Origin: an uncultured Clostridia bacterium
GTDB taxonomy: Bacteria; Bacillota; Clostridia; Christensenellales; UBA1242
Direction of reading: 5' to 3'
Length of the DNA stretch: 64,000 bases
Assembly (NCBI GenBank): GCA_934747255.1
Contig: CAKVGH010000005.1
Span: 7,273-71,272, forward strand
Made by a program: the position numbers and the translations under genes. This document shows positions 28,431-38,313 of the stretch, one piece after another. Position 1 is the stretch's first letter. Each line of letters begins with the position of its first letter. The notes below the pieces were generated by a model. That model had not been told where the DNA came from. It saw only the letters and a list, made by a program, of their open reading frames with translations, and did not search any database.

Positions 28431-28470
28431 TGCATTGTAAGTAAAAACTTATAATTTTTGTTTGTTACTT

Positions 28471-28587
28471 TTAGCCTTGGCGTTGTTTGTGTTTTTTGTA
28501 TTTACTGCAAATAACAAATATTTTGCCTTCGCGCTTAATAACTTTACAAGAACTACAAATAGGTTTTACTGATGGTCTTACTTTCAT
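28471..28587 (-). CDS. rpmJ: 50S ribosomal protein L36 (zinc-binding type)
   Basis: Below the ORF-track length cutoff. Reverse translation gives [38 protein letters not shown] (38 aa) with SD AAAGGAGAA upstream. Confidence 0.9.
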   Translation of the reverse strand: MKVRPSVKPICSSCKVIKREGKIFVICSKYKKHKQRQG

Positions 28588-28599
28588 AATTTTCTCCTT

Positions 28600-28818
28600 T
28601 TAGTTTTTTGCTCGCCAAGTAATTCTGCCACGAGTAAGGTCATAAGGGCTCATTTCCACTTTGACTTTATCGCCAACAAGAATTCTAATATTGTTTATTC
28701 TAAGTTTACCTGCTAGATAGCCTGTTATAATAACGCCATTCGAGAGTTCGATTTTGATATCGTCTCTTTGAATGTCAACTACAACGCCTTCTAGTTCTAG
28801 GCAATCTTCCTTTGGCAT
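28600..28818 (-). CDS. infA: Translation initiation factor IF-1
   Basis: [15 protein letters not shown]...[39 protein letters not shown]. Confidence 0.95.
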   Translation of the reverse strand: MPKEDCLELEGVVVDIQRDDIKIELSNGVIITGYLAGKLRINNIRILVGDKVKVEMSPYDLTRGRITWRAKN

Positions 28819-28821
28819 AAA

Positions 28822-29103
28822 CTATTCTCCTTTTAAGTTTTGCTTGAACTTTCTAAGTGCGCTATAAATTTCCGCATCATAGATTGTTTTGTTGTTTTGA
28901 ATTTTGTCTTTTAGGTTTTCTACAACTATTCCCATAGATTCCAAATGCTTATCGTTTTTGACTTTTGGATTTTCAATAAGTTTTGTATCACCATTGACTA
29001 GATAAATTTTATCACATTCGACTTTGTAAATCAAGTATAAATTATCTTTATCTCTGCCTTTAATGCTTTTTACAATTTCAGCGACAGAAAATTTGTTTTT
29101 CAT
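28822..29103 (-). CDS. KOW-domain RNA-binding protein (conserved map-infA spacer gene of Clostridia)
   Basis: VAEIVKSIKGRDKDNLYLIYKV...NPKVKNDKHL pattern, about 90 aa, positioned between map and infA. Confidence 0.7.
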   Translation of the reverse strand: MKNKFSVAEIVKSIKGRDKDNLYLIYKVECDKIYLVNGDTKLIENPKVKNDKHLESMGIVVENLKDKIQNNKTIYDAEIYSALRKFKQNLKGE

Positions 29104-29111
29104 ATTTTCCC

Positions 29112-29858
29112 CTAAATTGTTAAAATTTCAACCTTATCATTGATAATTGCTACTGTGTTTTCGTAGTGGCAAGATGGCTTACCATCTCTTGTAACGCAAG
29201 TCCAACCATCTTCTTTTATCACAATTTCCTTTCTACCCATATTTACCATAGGTTCAATCGCAATAACGAGTCCGTTTTCAATTTTTTCGCCAAAATTTTT
29301 GTGACCATAGTTTGGTACTGCTGGGTCTTCGTGCATATCTTTTCCAATGCCGTGTCCAACCATTTCTCTAATAACCGAAAAGCCGTTTGATTCAACATAT
29401 TTTTGTATTGCTTCGCTAATATCTCCAATATGTCCGCCAACTTTGATTGCTTTTAAGCCTTCAAAGAAAGATTGTTTTGTAACATCAATGAGTTTTTGCT
29501 TTTGTGGACTAATTTTGCCCACTGCAAATGTTCGTGTTGCATCTCCGTGATAGCCGTGAATATAAGCACAACAATCAATACTGATTATGTCGCCTTCCTT
29601 CAAAATTACATCACTTGATGGAATACCGTGAACAATAACATCATTAACGCTTGCACAAATTGTGGCTGGATAGCCTTCGTATCCCTTGCAACTTGGAATT
29701 GCACCCTGACTACGAATGTAATCTTCGGCAATTTGGTCAAGTTCAAGTGTTGATATACCTGGTTTGATGTGCTTTCCAACTTCCATAATTGCATCTATGG
29801 TTATTTTTCCTGCAATTCTCATTAGGTCTATTTGTTTTTGTGTCTTTAATTTAATCAT
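29112..29858 (-). CDS. map: Type I methionine aminopeptidase
   Basis: Metal-ligand context DIISIDCCAYIHGYHGD, VGHGIG and AIEPM. Confidence 0.93.
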   Translation of the reverse strand: MIKLKTQKQIDLMRIAGKITIDAIMEVGKHIKPGISTLELDQIAEDYIRSQGAIPSCKGYEGYPATICASVNDVIVHGIPSSDVILKEGDIISIDCCAYIHGYHGDATRTFAVGKISPQKQKLIDVTKQSFFEGLKAIKVGGHIGDISEAIQKYVESNGFSVIREMVGHGIGKDMHEDPAVPNYGHKNFGEKIENGLVIAIEPMVNMGRKEIVIKEDGWTCVTRDGKPSCHYENTVAIINDKVEILTI

Positions 29859-30471
29859 TTTTTAATCTGCCTTCAATCTCACTATAAATCTCTTCGACAG
29901 TTGTGTTACCAATAACTTCGATAACCTTATTTTGTGCTTTATAATATTCAACAATAGGTAAAGTCTCTTTTACAAAAGTTGCATATCTTTTTTGGACTGT
30001 TTCTTCTGTATCATCACTTCGCTTTGTTAATTTTCCACCACAATATATGCAAGGTGTAACCTTTTCACTAATTGTGTTAGTTTTTTTACAATCACTACAA
30101 ACATATCGTCCAGCAATTCGTTTAAGCAAGTTTTCTAAACTTACATTTATAAAAACTACTTTATCTATGTTAATAATGTTATCTAATTGTTTGGCTTGAT
30201 ATAAAGTTCTTGGGAAGCCATCTAAAAGCACTCCGTTTTTGGTGTCACTTTTAGACAGCCTTTCCTTCAAAACTTCTATTGTTATATTATCTGGAACAAG
30301 GTTTCCCTTTTCCATATAGTCTTTTACCGTTTTTCCTAATTCGGTGTCTTTTTTCATTTCTTCTCGAAGAAGTTCCCCTGTGGAGATATGTTTAAGACCC
30401 AAATTTTGTTGCAATAGTGTTGCCTGTGTACCCTTGCCTGCAAGCGGTGCACCGATTAAAACTATATTCAT
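29851..30471 (-). CDS. adk: Adenylate kinase (zinc-lid type)
   Basis: MNIVLIGAPLAGKGTQA P-loop and the lid CSDCKK...CIYCGG. Confidence 0.93.
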   Translation of the reverse strand: MNIVLIGAPLAGKGTQATLLQQNLGLKHISTGELLREEMKKDTELGKTVKDYMEKGNLVPDNITIEVLKERLSKSDTKNGVLLDGFPRTLYQAKQLDNIINIDKVVFINVSLENLLKRIAGRYVCSDCKKTNTISEKVTPCIYCGGKLTKRSDDTEETVQKRYATFVKETLPIVEYYKAQNKVIEVIGNTTVEEIYSEIEGRLKND

Positions 30472-30479
30472 AAAACTCC

Positions 30480-31769
30480 TTATTTTAAGAAACCACGATA
30501 ATTTTTTAGCATTAGTTGTTGTTCAAGTGCCTTGTTAACTTCGAGTGCTACACCAACTACGATAATCATACCAGTTGCACTGAATGCGTTAATTAAACCG
30601 CCTGAACCGATTGCTTTGAATACAAGTGTTGGAACAATTGCAATAAATGCAAGGAATATTGCTCCAAAAAGTGTAATTCTGTTGCTGATTTTTTTCAAAT
30701 ACTCTGCGGTTGGTTTACCTGGTCTTGTTCCTGGAATAAATCCACCGTTAGATTGAATTTGCTTTGAAATGTCTTCTGGGTTGAAACTCATTTGAGCATA
30801 GAAATATGCAAAGAATAGAATTAACAATCCAAGAACTACTGAGTATGCCCACGAACCTGCACCCAAGTATGTTGAATACCAAGTTGCTGCTCCGCTTGTT
30901 GGACAGAAAATACTCATAATAATTTGTGGGAATGATAGGAAACTCATCGCAAAGATGATTGGCATAACGCCTGTTCCCATAAGTTTTACTGGAATGTATG
31001 TGCTTTGTCCACCATACATTTTTCTTCCCTTAATTTGTTTTGCGTATTGAACTTTTACTTTTCTTTCTGCTCCGTCCATCATTACGATTAACGCAAAGAT
31101 TAAAACAAGAACAACCAAGAAAATTAAAATATTCCATAATTCATCAATATTACCAGTGAATGCACTTTTTAATGATGCATACATTGATGTTGCTGCTGTA
31201 CTCAAAATACCAACGAAAATTAGCATTGATACGCCGTTTGAGATTCCAACTTCGGTGATTTTTTCACCAAGCCAGTATGTGAACATTGAACCTGCTGTTA
31301 AGATAATAACAACGCAAGCACCTGTTACCCATTTTGGAGCACCCATAAACAAGTCAATGAGTTTGTCGCCACCAAATGCTGCTACGATACCAATTGCTTG
31401 TGCTAGTCCTAAAAATAGTGTTACCCATTTTGTGATACTAGCAATTTTCTTTCTGCCTTCTTCACCTTGCTTTGAAAGTCTTTCAAGTGGTGGGATTGCA
31501 AGAGTTAATAATTGTACGATAATTGATGCACTAATATATGGAGATACGCCAAGTGCCAAAATTGCACCTTGTGATAACGCACCACCACTAATTCCACTTA
31601 ACAAGCTTAAAAATGATTGTCCTGAAACAGCTTCACTAAACACTGTTAAGTTGATACCTGGAACTGGAATCCAGCAACCAAGTCTAAAAAGTAATAATAG
31701 TCCTAATGTTATGAAAATTTTCTTTCTGATGTCTTTATTTTTGAAGGCATCTACCAAAGTTTTGAACAT
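30480..31769 (-). CDS. secY: Preprotein translocase subunit SecY
   Basis: 429-aa polytopic protein with the GISPYISASIIVQLL-like block (LGVSPYISASIIVQLL). Position is between rplO and adk. Confidence 0.95.
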   Translation of the reverse strand: MFKTLVDAFKNKDIRKKIFITLGLLLLFRLGCWIPVPGINLTVFSEAVSGQSFLSLLSGISGGALSQGAILALGVSPYISASIIVQLLTLAIPPLERLSKQGEEGRKKIASITKWVTLFLGLAQAIGIVAAFGGDKLIDLFMGAPKWVTGACVVIILTAGSMFTYWLGEKITEVGISNGVSMLIFVGILSTAATSMYASLKSAFTGNIDELWNILIFLVVLVLIFALIVMMDGAERKVKVQYAKQIKGRKMYGGQSTYIPVKLMGTGVMPIIFAMSFLSFPQIIMSIFCPTSGAATWYSTYLGAGSWAYSVVLGLLILFFAYFYAQMSFNPEDISKQIQSNGGFIPGTRPGKPTAEYLKKISNRITLFGAIFLAFIAIVPTLVFKAIGSGGLINAFSATGMIIVVGVALEVNKALEQQLMLKNYRGFLK

Positions 31770-32212
31770 TATAACACCTCAATACTTCCGCCTGCTTGTT
31801 TAATTTTTTCAATTGCAGACTCAGTGAATTTGTTTGCCTTAACTGTTAAGTTTTTAGTCAAACTTCCGTTGCCGAGAACTTTAAGACCGTTTTTATCGAG
31901 TTTGCCAATAATACCGTCTTTCCTTAGTAATTCTGCATCAACAACTGTACCATTTTCGTATTTTTCAAATACTGAAACATTAACAGTTGTGTATTCTTTT
32001 CTAAAATGGTTTGTAAAGCCCATTTTTGGAAGTCTTCTAAGCAATGGCATTTGACCACCTTCAAATCCTGGTCTTACTCCGCCACCACTACGACTGTTTT
32101 GTCCCTTTTGGCCTTTTCCTGATGTCTTTCCTAATCCTGAACCTGTTCCTCTACCAAGTCTTCTTCTAGCCTTTGTAGAGTTTGGAGCAGGAGATAATTG
32201 GTTTAATTTCAT
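31769..32212 (-). CDS. rplO: 50S ribosomal protein L15
   Basis: [38 protein letters not shown]. Confidence 0.95.
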   Translation of the reverse strand: MKLNQLSPAPNSTKARRRLGRGTGSGLGKTSGKGQKGQNSRSGGGVRPGFEGGQMPLLRRLPKMGFTNHFRKEYTTVNVSVFEKYENGTVVDAELLRKDGIIGKLDKNGLKVLGNGSLTKNLTVKANKFTESAIEKIKQAGGSIEVL

Positions 32213-32227
32213 TTTTTATTCCTCCTA

Positions 32228-32419
32228 CTACACATTTTCCACTTTTACAAAGTGTTGTACTTTGAACACCATTCCACGAATTGCGTCATTGTCTGGTAAG
32301 ATATTAGTGTCACCAAGTTTGTGAAGACCTAAACTTTCCAAAACTTTGTCGTGTTTATGATTAAAAGCGATTGTACTTCTAATATAAGTTACTTTAATTT
32401 TTTTACTTTCTTTTGCCAT
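32228..32419 (-). CDS. rpmD: 50S ribosomal protein L30
   Basis: IKVTYIRSTIAFNHKHDKVLESLGLHKLG, 63 aa. Confidence 0.92.
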   Translation of the reverse strand: MAKESKKIKVTYIRSTIAFNHKHDKVLESLGLHKLGDTNILPDNDAIRGMVFKVQHFVKVENV

Positions 32420-32431
32420 ATTTTACCTCGC

Positions 32432-32941
32432 TTATATCTCTTCTACAGATTTACCACGAAGTGTGGCAACTTGTTCCTTAGTTTTTAGATTTTGCAAGCC
32501 GTTCAATGTTGCTTTGATAACATTGATTTTGTTTCTTGCACCATGTGTTTTACTAATAATATCTTTAATTCCGCAAAGGTCAACAACTGCTCTTACTGCA
32601 CCACCTGCAATAACTCCTGTTCCTTCTGGTGCTGGTCTAAGTAATACTTGTGACTTTCCAAAAGTACCAATAGTTTCGTGTGGAATTGATGTACCAAGCA
32701 AGGAAATATCAACCATATTTTTCTTTCCATTTTGGAAAGCCTTTTCGATTGCGGCTGTTGTATCAATAGATTTTCCGCTACCAATACCAACTTTGCCTTT
32801 TTTGTTACCAACTACCATTGTTACTGAGAAGTTAAGTGTTCTACCACCCTTAACAACCTTTGTAACACGGCGAATTGAGATAACTCTTTTATCGATATCA
32901 GATTCTTCCCTTTGGAATTTTCTTTCTTCTCTCTTAGCCAT
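32432..32941 (-). CDS. rpsE: 30S ribosomal protein S5
   Basis: RVTKVVKGGRTLNFSVTMVVGNKKGKVGIGSGKS. Confidence 0.95.
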   Translation of the reverse strand: MAKREERKFQREESDIDKRVISIRRVTKVVKGGRTLNFSVTMVVGNKKGKVGIGSGKSIDTTAAIEKAFQNGKKNMVDISLLGTSIPHETIGTFGKSQVLLRPAPEGTGVIAGGAVRAVVDLCGIKDIISKTHGARNKINVIKATLNGLQNLKTKEQVATLRGKSVEEI

Positions 32942-32950
32942 TGTATCCTC

Positions 32951-33319
32951 CTAAAACTTTAAGCCAGCATCTCTGGCACCTTCTGCAACTTGTTTTACTC
33001 TACCTGTGTAGATATATCCGCCTCTGTCAAATACAACTTCGTTGATTTTTTTCTTCAAAGCTTTCTTTGCAACTGCTTCTCCAACAAGTCTTGCTTGTTC
33101 AGATTTTGTTTTGCCTTTTAACTTGCTAGCAAGTCCTTTTTCTTTTGAACTAGCACTAACAATAGTTGTTTGTTTTTCATCATCAATAATTTGACAATAA
33201 ATTTCGTTTGTTGAACGGTAAACGCTAAGTCTTGGACGAAGAGAAGTACCGCTGATTTTTCTTCTAATTCTTGCGTGACGAATTAGTCTTTGTTCATTTT
33301 TATCAATAGTCTTATTCAT
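32951..33319 (-). CDS. rplR: 50S ribosomal protein L18
   Basis: [34 protein letters not shown]...[26 protein letters not shown]. Confidence 0.95.
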   Translation of the reverse strand: MNKTIDKNEQRLIRHARIRRKISGTSLRPRLSVYRSTNEIYCQIIDDEKQTTIVSASSKEKGLASKLKGKTKSEQARLVGEAVAKKALKKKINEVVFDRGGYIYTGRVKQVAEGARDAGLKF

Positions 33320-33335
33320 TTCTCATTCCTCCCTT

Positions 33336-33878
33336 TTACTTCTTGCCTACTTTCTTACCTTCTTTTTGTACAACGACTTCGTCAATGTATCTAATACCAT
33401 ATAGGTGGTAAGGTTCAACTGGTTTTAATGCTCTAATTTTTGCAGCAACTTGACCAACATATTCCTTGTCAATACCAGATACAACAACTTTGTCTGCATC
33501 TAATGTTTCCAACTTAATACCTTCTGGTTCAACCACTTCAACTGGTTTAGAGAAACCAATATTCATAACAAGTTTGTTACCTTGTTTTGTTAATCTATAA
33601 CCAACACCTTTAACAATCAAAGTCTTTTTGAAACCTTCTGTTACACCCACAACCATATTGTGAATAAGTGCTCTGTATAGACCGTGTTTTGCTCTTGTTT
33701 CGCCTTCGTTGTTATCACGAGTCAAAACAAGTTCGTTTTCTTTTTGTTCGAGTTTGATTTTAGAATCAATTTCTCTTGTTAATGTGCCTAATTTACCACT
33801 AACTGTAATTGTGTTACCGTTAAGTTCAACTTTAACACCTTCTGGTAAGTGAATAGGCATCTTTCCAATTCTTGACAT
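33336..33878 (-). CDS. rplF: 50S ribosomal protein L6
   Basis: MSRIGKMPIHLPEGVKVELNGNTITVSGKLGTL. Confidence 0.95.
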   Translation of the reverse strand: MSRIGKMPIHLPEGVKVELNGNTITVSGKLGTLTREIDSKIKLEQKENELVLTRDNNEGETRAKHGLYRALIHNMVVGVTEGFKKTLIVKGVGYRLTKQGNKLVMNIGFSKPVEVVEPEGIKLETLDADKVVVSGIDKEYVGQVAAKIRALKPVEPYHLYGIRYIDEVVVQKEGKKVGKK

Positions 33879-33898
33879 AATTTTTTCCTCCTATTTTC

Positions 33899-34294
33899 TT
33901 ACCATACATAAGCAAGTACTTCACCGCCAACTTTTGCTTGACGAGCTTGCTTATCTGTCATAATTCCTTTGTTTGTGCTGATGATTGCAATTCCAAGACC
34001 ATTAAGTACTTGTGGCAAATCTTCAACGCTAGAATAAATTCTAAGTCCAGGTGTAGAAATTCTCTTAATTCCGTTGATAACTTTTTGACCATTAGCACCA
34101 TATTTTAATGTTACTAAAATGTTCTTTTTAATTCCTTCACCAACGATTTCTGCACTTTGAATGTAGCCCTCGCTAACCAAAAGGTCGGCAATTGCTTTTT
34201 TAATTTGAGATGCAGGTATTTCAACTGTATCGTGTTTTGCTGTTAAAGCGTTACGAATTCTCGTAAGCATATCTGCGATTGGATCAAATGTCAT
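33899..34294 (-). CDS. rpsH: 30S ribosomal protein S8
   Basis: [26 protein letters not shown]...GGEVLAYVW. Confidence 0.95.
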   Translation of the reverse strand: MTFDPIADMLTRIRNALTAKHDTVEIPASQIKKAIADLLVSEGYIQSAEIVGEGIKKNILVTLKYGANGQKVINGIKRISTPGLRIYSSVEDLPQVLNGLGIAIISTNKGIMTDKQARQAKVGGEVLAYVW

Positions 34295-34312
34295 AATAAT
34301 TACCCTCCTTTT

Positions 34313-34498
34313 TTACCAACTTGCCTTCTTTACTCCAGGAATTTCGCCATTGTTAGCCATTTTCCTGAAACAAACTCTGCAAATACCATATTTTTTTAAC
34401 ACAGCGTGAGGTCTTCCGCAAATTGTGCAACGAGTATATTCTCTTGTTGAGAATTTTTGTTCTCTTTGTTGCTTGATTTTCAATGCTTTTCTTGCCAT
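34313..34498 (-). CDS. rpsZ: 30S ribosomal protein S14 type Z (zinc form)
   Basis: 61 aa with [22 protein letters not shown]. Confidence 0.93.
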   Translation of the reverse strand: MARKALKIKQQREQKFSTREYTRCTICGRPHAVLKKYGICRVCFRKMANNGEIPGVKKASW

Positions 34499-34506
34499 AA
34501 ACCCTC

Positions 34507-35061
34507 CTAATTCATAAATGGGAAGCCAAGTAGATTTAATAGAGAATATGCTTCCTTATCTGTGTTTGCTGTTGTTACAACGATAATATCGAAACCTCTA
34601 ATTTTTTCGATTTTATCATAAGAAATCTCTGGGAAAATAAGTTGTTCTTTGATACCAAGAGCATAGTTGCCTCTGCCATCAAATGACTTTTTGCTAATTC
34701 CCTTAAAATCTCTAACTCTTGGAAGAGCGATTGAAATTAACTTGTCGATAAATTCATACATCTTCTTACCACGAAGTGTAACTTTTGCTCCGATTTTTTG
34801 TCCTTCACGGAGTTTGAAGTTTGAAATTGAGTGCTTAGATTCAACAACCAATGGTTTTTGACCTGCAATAAGACCAATTTCTTCAACTGCAAGGTTAAAA
34901 CTCTTGCTGTTATCTTTACAATCACCAAGTCCTGCATTCAAAACAACTTTTGAAAGTTTTGGAACTTCGTTGATATTTTTGTAACCAAATTCTTTTTCAA
35001 GTGCTGGTACAACTGTATCGATATAATATTGTTCTAATCTATTTTTTTCTGTATTAGCCAT
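34507..35061 (-). CDS. rplE: 50S ribosomal protein L5
   Basis: [40 protein letters not shown]. Confidence 0.95.
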   Translation of the reverse strand: MANTEKNRLEQYYIDTVVPALEKEFGYKNINEVPKLSKVVLNAGLGDCKDNSKSFNLAVEEIGLIAGQKPLVVESKHSISNFKLREGQKIGAKVTLRGKKMYEFIDKLISIALPRVRDFKGISKKSFDGRGNYALGIKEQLIFPEISYDKIEKIRGFDIIVVTTANTDKEAYSLLNLLGFPFMN

Positions 35062-35079
35062 TATTATTTAATTCCTCCA

Positions 35080-35625
35080 TTAAGCCTTTTTAGATGCTTT
35101 TTTTGTAGTTGTTTTTTTTGCATCTTCAGTTTTTTCTGTTTTTTTAGTTGCTGGCTTTTTTGCAGGAGCTTTCTTTGTAGTAGTTGCTTTTGCAGTTGTC
35201 TTTTTTGTAGCTGGTTTTTCAGCCTTAACTTCTGCTTTTGCTTCTACCTTTTTATCTTCTGCTTTTTTGTCAGCTTTCTTTGTTTCTTTTTTTGGTTTTA
35301 CATATTTAGCATCAAGTTCTGCACCACACTTTTTGCAAACTCTAACATGTTTGTCATCTTTAAGAGTGTGAGCAACTCTTGTAGCTTTGTCACAATGTGG
35401 ACAAATTACCATAACATTGCTTGCATCAAATGGTGCTTCTGCCTTGATAATTTGTGATTTATCTTGGGTATTTCTAGCCTTTTTGTGCTTGCTTACAATG
35501 TTAATATTTTCAACAATAACTTTGTTTGACTTTGGACTAACAGCCTTAACTTTACCTTTTTTGCCGTTTTCCTTGCCACTAATAACTAAAACTGTATCGC
35601 CTTTTTTAATTGATAAATTTTTCAT
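35080..35625 (-). CDS. rplX: 50S ribosomal protein L24, atypical long form (Cys4 motif plus a K/A/T-rich C-terminal tail)
   Basis: KOW N-terminus IKKGDTVLVISGKENGKKGKV, then CPHC...CKKC and a ~74-aa tail (KKAPAKKPATKK...). Position is between rplN and rplE. Confidence 0.9.
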   Translation of the reverse strand: MKNLSIKKGDTVLVISGKENGKKGKVKAVSPKSNKVIVENINIVSKHKKARNTQDKSQIIKAEAPFDASNVMVICPHCDKATRVAHTLKDDKHVRVCKKCGAELDAKYVKPKKETKKADKKAEDKKVEAKAEVKAEKPATKKTTAKATTTKKAPAKKPATKKTEKTEDAKKTTTKKASKKA

Positions 35626-35636
35626 ATATTAGCCTC

Positions 35637-36005
35637 CTATAATACCTCAGGAGCAAGAGATACGATTTTTGTATATCCTTTTTCACGAAGTTCACGAGCA
35701 ACTGGCCCGAAAATTCTTGTTCCCTTTGGTTCTTTGTTATTGTCGATAATTACGGCAGCATTGTCGTCAAAACGAATATGTGAGCCGTCTGGTCTTTTTA
35801 GACCTTTTGTTGTTCTAACGATAACCGCTTTAACAACATCACCTTTTTTAGCAACTCCACCTGGGATTGCACTTTTTACACTGGCAACAATAATATCACC
35901 AATATTTGAACTCTTTCTTAAAGAGCCACCAAGTAGTCTAATACACATAATTTCTTTTGCACCTGTGTTATCAGCAACTTTAAGTCTTGTTTGTGGTTGT
36001 ACCAT
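35637..36005 (-). CDS. rplN: 50S ribosomal protein L14
   Basis: [27 protein letters not shown]. Confidence 0.96.
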   Translation of the reverse strand: MVQPQTRLKVADNTGAKEIMCIRLLGGSLRKSSNIGDIIVASVKSAIPGGVAKKGDVVKAVIVRTTKGLKRPDGSHIRFDDNAAVIIDNNKEPKGTRIFGPVARELREKGYTKIVSLAPEVL

Positions 36006-36017
36006 ATTGATTTCTCC

Positions 36018-36275
36018 TTATTTTGCCTTTTCGATAATTTTACTTACTCTGTGATATTTGTCTTTTGACAAATGTCTTGTTTCAACGATTTCGACTGTAT
36101 CGCCTACATTGCACTCATTATTTTCATCGTGAGCCTTGAAATTTTTTGTTTTCTTAACTACTTTTCCATAAAGAGGGTGCTTAACATTGCTTGTAACAGC
36201 AACAGTAACAGTCTTGTCCATCTTGTTTGAAACAACAAGGCCTATTCTTTTTCTTCTTTCATTGCGTTCTTCCAT
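36018..36275 (-). CDS. rpsQ: 30S ribosomal protein S17
   Basis: [42 protein letters not shown]. Confidence 0.95.
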   Translation of the reverse strand: MEERNERRKRIGLVVSNKMDKTVTVAVTSNVKHPLYGKVVKKTKNFKAHDENNECNVGDTVEIVETRHLSKDKYHRVSKIIEKAK

Positions 36276-36288
36276 TGTTTAATCCTCC

Positions 36289-36492
36289 TTATGCTCTCTT
36301 GCCAGCAAGTTCTCTTTCTTTCAAGATAGTCTTAACTTTGGCAATGTCCTTTTTTGTAGTATTTAACATCATTGGGTTTGTTAATTGACCAGTAGCGTGT
36401 TGAAAACGCAAATTGAAAAGTTCTACTTTTAGTGATTTCAATTTTTCGTTAAGTTCTGCTGTGGTCATATTCTTAAAATCTACCGTTTTCAT
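36289..36492 (-). CDS. rpmC: 50S ribosomal protein L29
   Basis: [31 protein letters not shown]. Confidence 0.93.
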   Translation of the reverse strand: MKTVDFKNMTTAELNEKLKSLKVELFNLRFQHATGQLTNPMMLNTTKKDIAKVKTILKERELAGKRA

Positions 36493-36935
36493 TACTTGCT
36501 ACCACCTTCATTAGTTTCTGTTTGTTGTTCTGCTTTTTTAACAAACTTGCATTTGATTGGAAGTTTGTTAGAAGCAAGTCTTAATGCTTCTCTTGCAACA
36601 TCTTCTGGAACACCAGCCATTTCAAAAAGTACTCTTCCTGGTTTAACGACTGCTACCCAATATTCAACTGAACCTTTACCACCACCCATACGAGTTCCTG
36701 CAGGTTGTTGTGTAATTGGTTTGTGTGGGAAAATATCAATCCATACTTTTCCGCCACGCTTAATAAATCTTGTCATTGCAACACGGGCTGCTTCAATTTG
36801 ATTTGACTTAATCCATGCTGGCTCAGTAGCAACTAGTCCATATTCGCCGTAAGCGATTTTGTTACCTCTTGTTGCCTTACCTGTCATTCTGCCACGCATT
36901 TGTTTTCTTCTTTTTACTCTTTTAGGCATCAACAT
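36492..36935 (-). CDS. rplP: 50S ribosomal protein L16
   Basis: [34 protein letters not shown]. Confidence 0.95.
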   Translation of the reverse strand: MLMPKRVKRRKQMRGRMTGKATRGNKIAYGEYGLVATEPAWIKSNQIEAARVAMTRFIKRGGKVWIDIFPHKPITQQPAGTRMGGGKGSVEYWVAVVKPGRVLFEMAGVPEDVAREALRLASNKLPIKCKFVKKAEQQTETNEGGSK

Positions 36936-37596
36936 CTTGATTTACCTCCTCTTTTGGAGTCTTTTTACCAATAACTTCGCCATTGTATACCCAAACCTTA
37001 ACACCGATGATACCGAATGTTGTCAATGCTTCTGCAAAGCCATAATCAATATCTGCTCTTAATGTTTGAAGTGGCAAGCTACCTTCTAGATAGAATTCTG
37101 ATTTTGCAATTTCTGCACCACCAAGTCTTCCACTAACCATAATTTTAACACCCTTGGCACCAGCCTTCATTGTTTTTTGAACGGCTTGCTTTGCAGCTCT
37201 CTTCCAAGCAACACGCTTTTCAAGTTGGCTAGCAATTGATTGTGCTACAAGTGTTGCATCAACATCAGGTCTTTTAACTTCCTTGATGTTTAATGTAATG
37301 TTTTTACTATCTGATAATTTTGCAAGTGCTTTTTTGATTACTTCAATTTCTGCACCCTTAACACCAATAAGCATTCCAGGGCGTGAAGCATAAACATTAA
37401 CTGTGAGTCTGTTTTCAGTTCTTGCAATTTCTACTTTGGAGATACCACATTGATTGTAGTTCTTGTTAATATATTGACGGATTTTCTTATCTTCTAAAAT
37501 ATATTTAGAGAAAGTTTTTTTGTCTGCATACCAAGTTGAAGACCAATCTTTAATAACTCCAATTCTAAATCCATTTGGATTAACCTTTTGTCCCAT
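36922..37596 (-). CDS. rpsC: 30S ribosomal protein S3
   Basis: [27 protein letters not shown] plus a KH domain. Confidence 0.95.
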   Translation of the reverse strand: MGQKVNPNGFRIGVIKDWSSTWYADKKTFSKYILEDKKIRQYINKNYNQCGISKVEIARTENRLTVNVYASRPGMLIGVKGAEIEVIKKALAKLSDSKNITLNIKEVKRPDVDATLVAQSIASQLEKRVAWKRAAKQAVQKTMKAGAKGVKIMVSGRLGGAEIAKSEFYLEGSLPLQTLRADIDYGFAEALTTFGIIGVKVWVYNGEVIGKKTPKEEVNQDVDA

Positions 37597-37613
37597 TCTT
37601 TCTTCTCTCCCTT

Positions 37614-38006
37614 TTAATTTTGCTTAACAGTATCTAAAATTACTGTGATATGTGATGTTCTTTTTAATATTCTGTCGCCTCTGCCTTTTGCTCTTGGCAT
37701 CATTCTCTTCATCAAAGGTCCTTCGTTAGCATAGCAAGCTGCAACAAACAAATCTTCTTTGTTCATTGAAAGATTGTGTTCTGCATTTGCAGCAGCAGAA
37801 TTTAATACCTTCAAAATTACTGGTGAAGCATAGTGTGGAGTGTTTTCTAGTATTGCAACTGCTTCGTAGTATTTTTTGTTTCTAATTAAATCCAAAATTT
37901 TGCCTGCTTTCAAAGAAGCCATGTGGATATAACTAGCAGTAGCACGAGGGCGCTTGTCTTTTGTTTCAGCAATTCTTGCTGATTTTTCTCTAATTCTCTT
38001 TGCCAT
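37614..38006 (-). CDS. rplV: 50S ribosomal protein L22
   Basis: ASLKAGKILDLIRNKKYYEAVAILENTP...RAKGRGDRILKRTSHITVIL. Confidence 0.94.
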   Translation of the reverse strand: MAKRIREKSARIAETKDKRPRATASYIHMASLKAGKILDLIRNKKYYEAVAILENTPHYASPVILKVLNSAAANAEHNLSMNKEDLFVAACYANEGPLMKRMMPRAKGRGDRILKRTSHITVILDTVKQN

Positions 38007-38017
38007 AATTTATCCTC

Positions 38018-38302
38018 CTATGCTTTTTTAACTGCTGTCTTTTCACTGACAGAATGTCCTTTGAAAGTTCTTGTTGGAGCAAATTCTCCAAGTTTATGTC
38101 CTACCATATCGGCTGTGCAGTAAACAGGGATATGTTTTTTGCCGTTGTAAACAGCAATTGTGTGACCAACGAATTCTGGGTAGATTGTTGAACTTCTACT
38201 CCAAGTTTTAACAACTTTCTTTTCGCCAGATTCGTTCATTTTTAATATTCTATTTTTTAACCTTTCTTCAATATAAGGTTTCTTTTTTAATGATCTACTC
38301 AT
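38018..38302 (-). CDS. rpsS: 30S ribosomal protein S19
   Basis: [15 protein letters not shown]...[16 protein letters not shown]...[16 protein letters not shown]. Confidence 0.95.
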   Translation of the reverse strand: MSRSLKKKPYIEERLKNRILKMNESGEKKVVKTWSRSSTIYPEFVGHTIAVYNGKKHIPVYCTADMVGHKLGEFAPTRTFKGHSVSEKTAVKKA

Positions 38303-38313
38303 GTTTTACTCTC

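Noticed and set aside
31156-31803. Long antisense ORFs inside highly expressed genes. Examples are the 215-aa plus-strand ORF opposite secY, 32463..32954 opposite rpsE, 46011..46574 and 45022..45435 opposite the 884-aa gene, 25345..25758 opposite rplQ, and 50..283 opposite yigZ.
   Set aside because: They are low-complexity shadow ORFs, rich in S, F, L and I, on the strand opposite genes with unmistakable conserved products. They have no SD or promoter and are typical of codon-biased AT-rich genomes.
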